This document shows, in pieces, positions 60,025 to 64,000 of a DNA stretch of 64,000 nt. This DNA comes from an uncultured Desulfobacter sp. (GTDB lineage Bacteria; Desulfobacterota; Desulfobacteria; Desulfobacterales; Desulfobacteraceae). Location: assembly GCA_963665095.1 (NCBI GenBank), contig OY762069.1, positions 6,272,001 to 6,336,000 of the forward strand, in the 5' to 3' direction. Position 1 is the stretch's first letter; each line of letters begins with the position of its first letter. A program made the position numbers and the translations under genes. Under the pieces are notes generated by a model, which did not search any database, was not told where the DNA came from, and worked only from the letters and a program-made list of their open reading frames with translations.

Positions 60025-61266
60025 ATGACATATTTACAGAATAAAATAGAAAGGGCTGATCAAAAATCAGTTGCATTTGGAAAACTTTTTGCCTCCTTTG
60101 GCCCGGCATGGGTCATCAGTGCCGTGGCTGCCGGACCCGGCACCACCTTAAGTGTGGCCAAGGCCGGGGGGACTTATGGGTATGGTTTTTTGTGGGTGGT
60201 GATACTCAGCGTGGTGCTGGCCTTTGTCTGTCAGTACATGGCGGCCAAAACCGCACTCATCGGCGGCAGGGGTATCGTCTCTATCGTGGAGGAGAAATGG
60301 GGCAGGCTGCCTGCCTGGTTTGTGGCCCTGGATGCCCTGGCGGTGATCTGGCTGTGCAATGTGGTTCTCTTAAAAATTCTTGTGGCGGTGACAGGTTTTG
60401 TCACAGGTGTCAATACCCCCTGGTGGGGAGTTGTCTTTGTTGCATTGTTCTATGGCCTTGTGGCCCATGGCGGGTATAAGACTGTTGAAATGCTTTGCAA
60501 AATCATTGTTTCAATGCTTGTGGCCTGTTTTATCGGTACCTTGTTCATTGCCCGGCCGGACTGGGGGCAGGCCCTGGCCGGCCTGATACCGGATCTGACC
60601 CATTTCGGCAGGGCCGAGGTGCTGATGATGACAGCCATCATGGGCGGTTCCATTCATGTGACGATTCTGTCCATGCAGACCTATACCGTCCATGAAAAGG
60701 GATGGTGTGCCAAAGACTTGAAATCCGCCCGCACAGACACGGCTGTCTCTTTGCTGGGTGCTTTCGGGATTTATTGTACTGCCATTTACCTTACCGGGGC
60801 CTGCGTACTCCATCCGGCAGGCATCAAAGTAAACACCCTGTTTGAAATGGCAGATGCCATCACCCCGCTTTTAGGATCCTATGCCCACGGGTTTTTCTGC
60901 CTGGGGATCTGGTGTGCTGTATTCTCAACAGTCATGCCAACATTTATTGCCGCAGCTTATGTGCTGGGCGATAAAATGAAATGGGACATGCATCCCAAAA
61001 GTCCGGGATATAAACTGGTGGTCCTTGCCGGCTGTCTCATTGCCCTGCCCGGGGCCTTTCTCACAGGCCGACCTGTCAATCTTCTGCTCATCATGCTGGC
61101 CCTGTCATTCATGGGTACCCCGCTGTTTGTGGGCATTTTCTTATGGCTGCTCAATGACCGGGCCTGGGCCGGAGCAAATAAAAACGGATGGCTGTTAAAC
61201 ACAGGCGGTGCAGCCGCCCTGCTGGTGACCCTGTTTCTGGGCATTAAATGGGTGCTGCAGTTTTAG
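60025..61266 (+). CDS. NRAMP-fold (SLC11-like) membrane transporter, probably thiamine-precursor related
   Basis: GPAWVISAVAAGPG..AG..YGY..LW pattern and many transmembrane segments; 34 nt after thiM. Confidence 0.75.
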   Translation: MTYLQNKIERADQKSVAFGKLFASFGPAWVISAVAAGPGTTLSVAKAGGTYGYGFLWVVILSVVLAFVCQYMAAKTALIGGRGIVSIVEEKWGRLPAWFVALDALAVIWLCNVVLLKILVAVTGFVTGVNTPWWGVVFVALFYGLVAHGGYKTVEMLCKIIVSMLVACFIGTLFIARPDWGQALAGLIPDLTHFGRAEVLMMTAIMGGSIHVTILSMQTYTVHEKGWCAKDLKSARTDTAVSLLGAFGIYCTAIYLTGACVLHPAGIKVNTLFEMADAITPLLGSYAHGFFCLGIWCAVFSTVMPTFIAAAYVLGDKMKWDMHPKSPGYKLVVLAGCLIALPGAFLTGRPVNLLLIMLALSFMGTPLFVGIFLWLLNDRAWAGANKNGWLLNTGGAAALLVTLFLGIKWVLQF

Positions 61267-61327
61267 ATCCCATGCCCGGTATCTGCACGCTGTTTTTTTG
61301 GGGGCTTCCCCATTGCCATATCCGGCC

Positions 61328-62095
61328 TTATTTTTTCAGTGATGCCAGAAGCTGATCCACCCGTTTGTGGTTGTCCTCGGATCCGATGTATGTTCTGAAC
61401 AGCCACTCCTGCTGGGTCATGACGTTATCCAGATCCATATTCAGCACCGCATTGGAGAGCTGCTTGGTTTCACTCAGGCACATCCGGTCATAGGTGGCCA
61501 TGTTGACGGCGATCTTCAAAACCGCGTCCAGCATTTGCCCTTCAGGGAACACCTGGCTGACATATCCCATTCTTTCCGCCTCTTCAGCGCCGTAAATACG
61601 TCCGGTCAGGGCTACTTCCTTTGCACGGCCCAGGCCAATAATTCGCCACAAAGGATCCATGACCGGCGTCAGGGAGAGGGCAATCTCACGCTGCCCGAAT
61701 TTTGCGCGGGTGGATGCATACCGGATATCGCACATCAGCGACAGGTCAAACCCGCCGGCAATGGCAGGGCCCCCCACAGCGGCAATGACTGGCTGACGGC
61801 AAAAAAGGATGGCCCGGTAGGCGCGGTGGAAAAGCCGGATATAGTCTTCATTGCTGTTTTTTTCAAGGTTACGGATGTAATTAAGATCAAAGCCTGAACA
61901 GAAATATTTTTCACCACCGGTGAGGACCACCACATTTACGTCCTGATTGCCGGAAAGCGCATTGAACATCTCCTCAATCTCAAGAAGAACTTCAGGAGAG
62001 ATGGAATTTCTTTTTTCGGGCCGATGGATGGTGACCACCGCCACTTTCGCTGCGACTTCCTGATCAATGGAGAGTTTCAGATATTTTGGTTCCAT
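61328..62095 (-). CDS. Enoyl-CoA hydratase/isomerase family protein
   Basis: RPEKRNS, FCSGFDL, PVIAAV.G.AIAGG and FGQRE. Confidence 0.92.
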   Translation of the reverse strand: MEPKYLKLSIDQEVAAKVAVVTIHRPEKRNSISPEVLLEIEEMFNALSGNQDVNVVVLTGGEKYFCSGFDLNYIRNLEKNSNEDYIRLFHRAYRAILFCRQPVIAAVGGPAIAGGFDLSLMCDIRYASTRAKFGQREIALSLTPVMDPLWRIIGLGRAKEVALTGRIYGAEEAERMGYVSQVFPEGQMLDAVLKIAVNMATYDRMCLSETKQLSNAVLNMDLDNVMTQQEWLFRTYIGSEDNHKRVDQLLASLKK

Positions 62096-62559
62096 AATAA
62101 TTCCTTTTTGCTTTAAAGACGCTGCCTTAAAAATGACTGATTGCCGGCAACAGACTGCTTTTTATTAGCTTAAAATAAAACAGGCGTAAACCCCAAATTG
62201 ACCTCAGCTTTATGGCCGCAAAGACAATATCAGGGGAACAGCGGTTTCATATGGGGTCGATGTCAGTTACTGTAACTTACAAAAAGTATTATAAGCTATT
62301 AAAACTAATCTATGGAGACATGTAATTCGTAACTGACGAAAATTATAATGAATATCTGATTCTGCACTACGCAATACTCTTTTTTTCAATCCTTTCGGTC
62401 GAATTTGGTACAAAAACTTTTTTGTTTATGCTCTTGCATTTTCAAAGATATGGAAGTAGATATATAATATATCCATAAATTGTTACACTTTTTTCATAAA
62501 AAGGCATGCTTCATATGAAATGAAGTATCTGATTTTAAAACATTAAAGGGAGATGTGAA

Positions 62560-63825
62560 ATGTATCACCAGATTAGTTTTAGAAAGCTTTTATTGGTAAT
62601 GGCTTTGTCGTTGGCCGTTGTTATGGCGTATAGCCCCTGTGGGGCAGACGACTGTACGGCCATTCCTAAATCAATGACCATGGATTATACGGGAATACCC
62701 GTGACCAATCAGGCCATCACTTTTACAGTGGAAGGGGTGTCTGACTGCGATACCCCGCTCTACTACTACTTCTCCTATTGCCCTAATTATGGCGAAAGCG
62801 ATTATGATGCCAACACCTGGGTGAATATGCGTGATGTTTTCTGGTCCACTGATAACAGTATCACCTACAGCTTTACAGATGCTGGGTCTTACGTGGTTGT
62901 CGCCTGGGTCTCAACCGAAGAGGCAACGCCGAATCCGATTCAAATGGTGGGCGCAACAGTGACCGTAACTGACAGCGGCAGCTCAGGCGAGTGTATTTTT
63001 GACGCCACCGCACTGGATGTCACCGTTTCCGACGCCACCACAGGAGTAGCGATTTCAGGGGCAACTATTACAGCGTACGATCAGACCGCTACGACCAGCA
63101 GTAGTGGTATGGCAACCATCGCCCACCTGCCCACTGCCACAGAGATTACCGTGACGGTTTCAGCTGACGGCTACACCACTCAGACCTCCCAGGTATATAT
63201 GGAATGCGGTGAATCTCAAACCCAGGGGTTTGCTTTGCTGAGTGAAACTGAAGCCGCAGAAGGCGATATCAGGATCATTCTGACCTGGGGTGAGAATCCA
63301 AGAGATCTGGATTCTCATTTGACCGGCCCCATGACCTCCGGAGATGACCGGTTCCACGTCTACTATAGCAATACCAATAGAAGCTGGTATAACGATGGCG
63401 AGACTGCTGATGAAACCATTCCGGCCTGGCTCGACGTAGACGACGTATCCAGCTACGGTCCGGAAACCGTCAGTATCGAGAAGAAAGATGACGGTACCTA
63501 TGTGGCCGGTACCTATCGTTATTATGTGCATCACTATTCCGGTACGGAAAATATTCCCACCAGTGGTGCCATAGTAAAGGTTTACAATGGCGGCACAGAA
63601 ATCCGTTCCTTTTCACCTCCGACAACTTCAGAAGCCGTTGCCAGTTCATGGGTCTGGTCTGTCTTCAGTTTAACCCTGACCGCAGACGGAACGGTTTCCA
63701 TAACACCGGTGAATACCTATTCCGGCACTCACTACTCCAGTGACACAGAGATTTTCCGGTCTGCAGCTGAGGAGGCGCAACTACCTGAACAGTATTATAT
63801 TTTTTCAGGAATGCCTGAAAAATAA
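62560..63825 (+). CDS. Secreted Thr/Ser-rich protein with carboxypeptidase-regulatory-like and YfaP-like domains
   Basis: Signal peptide, V.DATTG..I.GATI..VSADGY and IILTW..DLDSH..LDVDD..GPET. Confidence 0.7.
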   Translation: MYHQISFRKLLLVMALSLAVVMAYSPCGADDCTAIPKSMTMDYTGIPVTNQAITFTVEGVSDCDTPLYYYFSYCPNYGESDYDANTWVNMRDVFWSTDNSITYSFTDAGSYVVVAWVSTEEATPNPIQMVGATVTVTDSGSSGECIFDATALDVTVSDATTGVAISGATITAYDQTATTSSSGMATIAHLPTATEITVTVSADGYTTQTSQVYMECGESQTQGFALLSETEAAEGDIRIILTWGENPRDLDSHLTGPMTSGDDRFHVYYSNTNRSWYNDGETADETIPAWLDVDDVSSYGPETVSIEKKDDGTYVAGTYRYYVHHYSGTENIPTSGAIVKVYNGGTEIRSFSPPTTSEAVASSWVWSVFSLTLTADGTVSITPVNTYSGTHYSSDTEIFRSAAEEAQLPEQYYIFSGMPEK

Positions 63826-63847
63826 GAATTAATCTTCATCATCCCAT

Positions 63848-63892
63848 GGCCGCCGTATTGGAAATCTATTTTCCGATACGGCGGCCTTTTTT
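63848..63892 (+). terminator. Intrinsic terminator
   Basis: GGCCGCCGTATTGGAAA/TTTCCGATACGGCGGCC followed by TTTTTT. Confidence 0.88.
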
Positions 63893-64000
63893 ATCTTTGG
63901 GTATGAAAAGGACTCGCTGCACAAAATAAAATGTCAATTGTAGCTATGCAGGATTGTTTCTTATCAACCTCCTGCAAGATTTTTTTCCCAGAAGAGTGAG

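Noticed and set aside
62170..62260. c-di-GMP-I riboswitch upstream of the secreted protein
   Set aside because: GCAAAG is present, but the GGCAAAC/GAAA tetraloop stem and receptor are not.
1..64000. CRISPR array, tRNA or rRNA genes
   Set aside because: No regularly spaced repeats, cloverleaf or rRNA signatures were seen by eye.

Overview
Chromosomal window from an anaerobic bacterium; the gene content suggests a Desulfobacter-like sulfate reducer (inference). Core content: acyl-CoA synthetase, a MalT/BTAD regulator, a selenocysteine formate dehydrogenase operon (fdhABE), a molybdopterin oxidoreductase, an OYE-family reductase, an Fe/B12-type ABC transporter, EAL/HDOD/MCP signalling genes, metF, an 11-kb D-amino-acid/peptide utilisation cluster, an amidohydrolase, a TetR-SCP2-glycyl radical enzyme operon, a TPP riboswitch with thiM and an NRAMP-fold transporter, an enoyl-CoA hydratase and a secreted protein. 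The accessory hot spot is 5747-14080, an integron-type cassette array with no integrase in the window. It has four attC-like sites and carries a HEPN-like protein, a small secreted protein, a VapC-Phd toxin-antitoxin pair and a NIPSNAP protein. Two group II introns have entered the attC sites on the top strand: one is broken by a three-gene DDE/ExeA transposon, the other has lost its ORF. Other notable items: an AtcB-AtcC-AtcJ-like J-domain operon, a 60-bp perfect palindrome, a candidate sRNA with 11 YUGA repeats, a 4-Cys insertion in the glycyl radical enzyme, and a GspN-GspC fusion. All family calls come from motif recognition by eye; no database searches were run.
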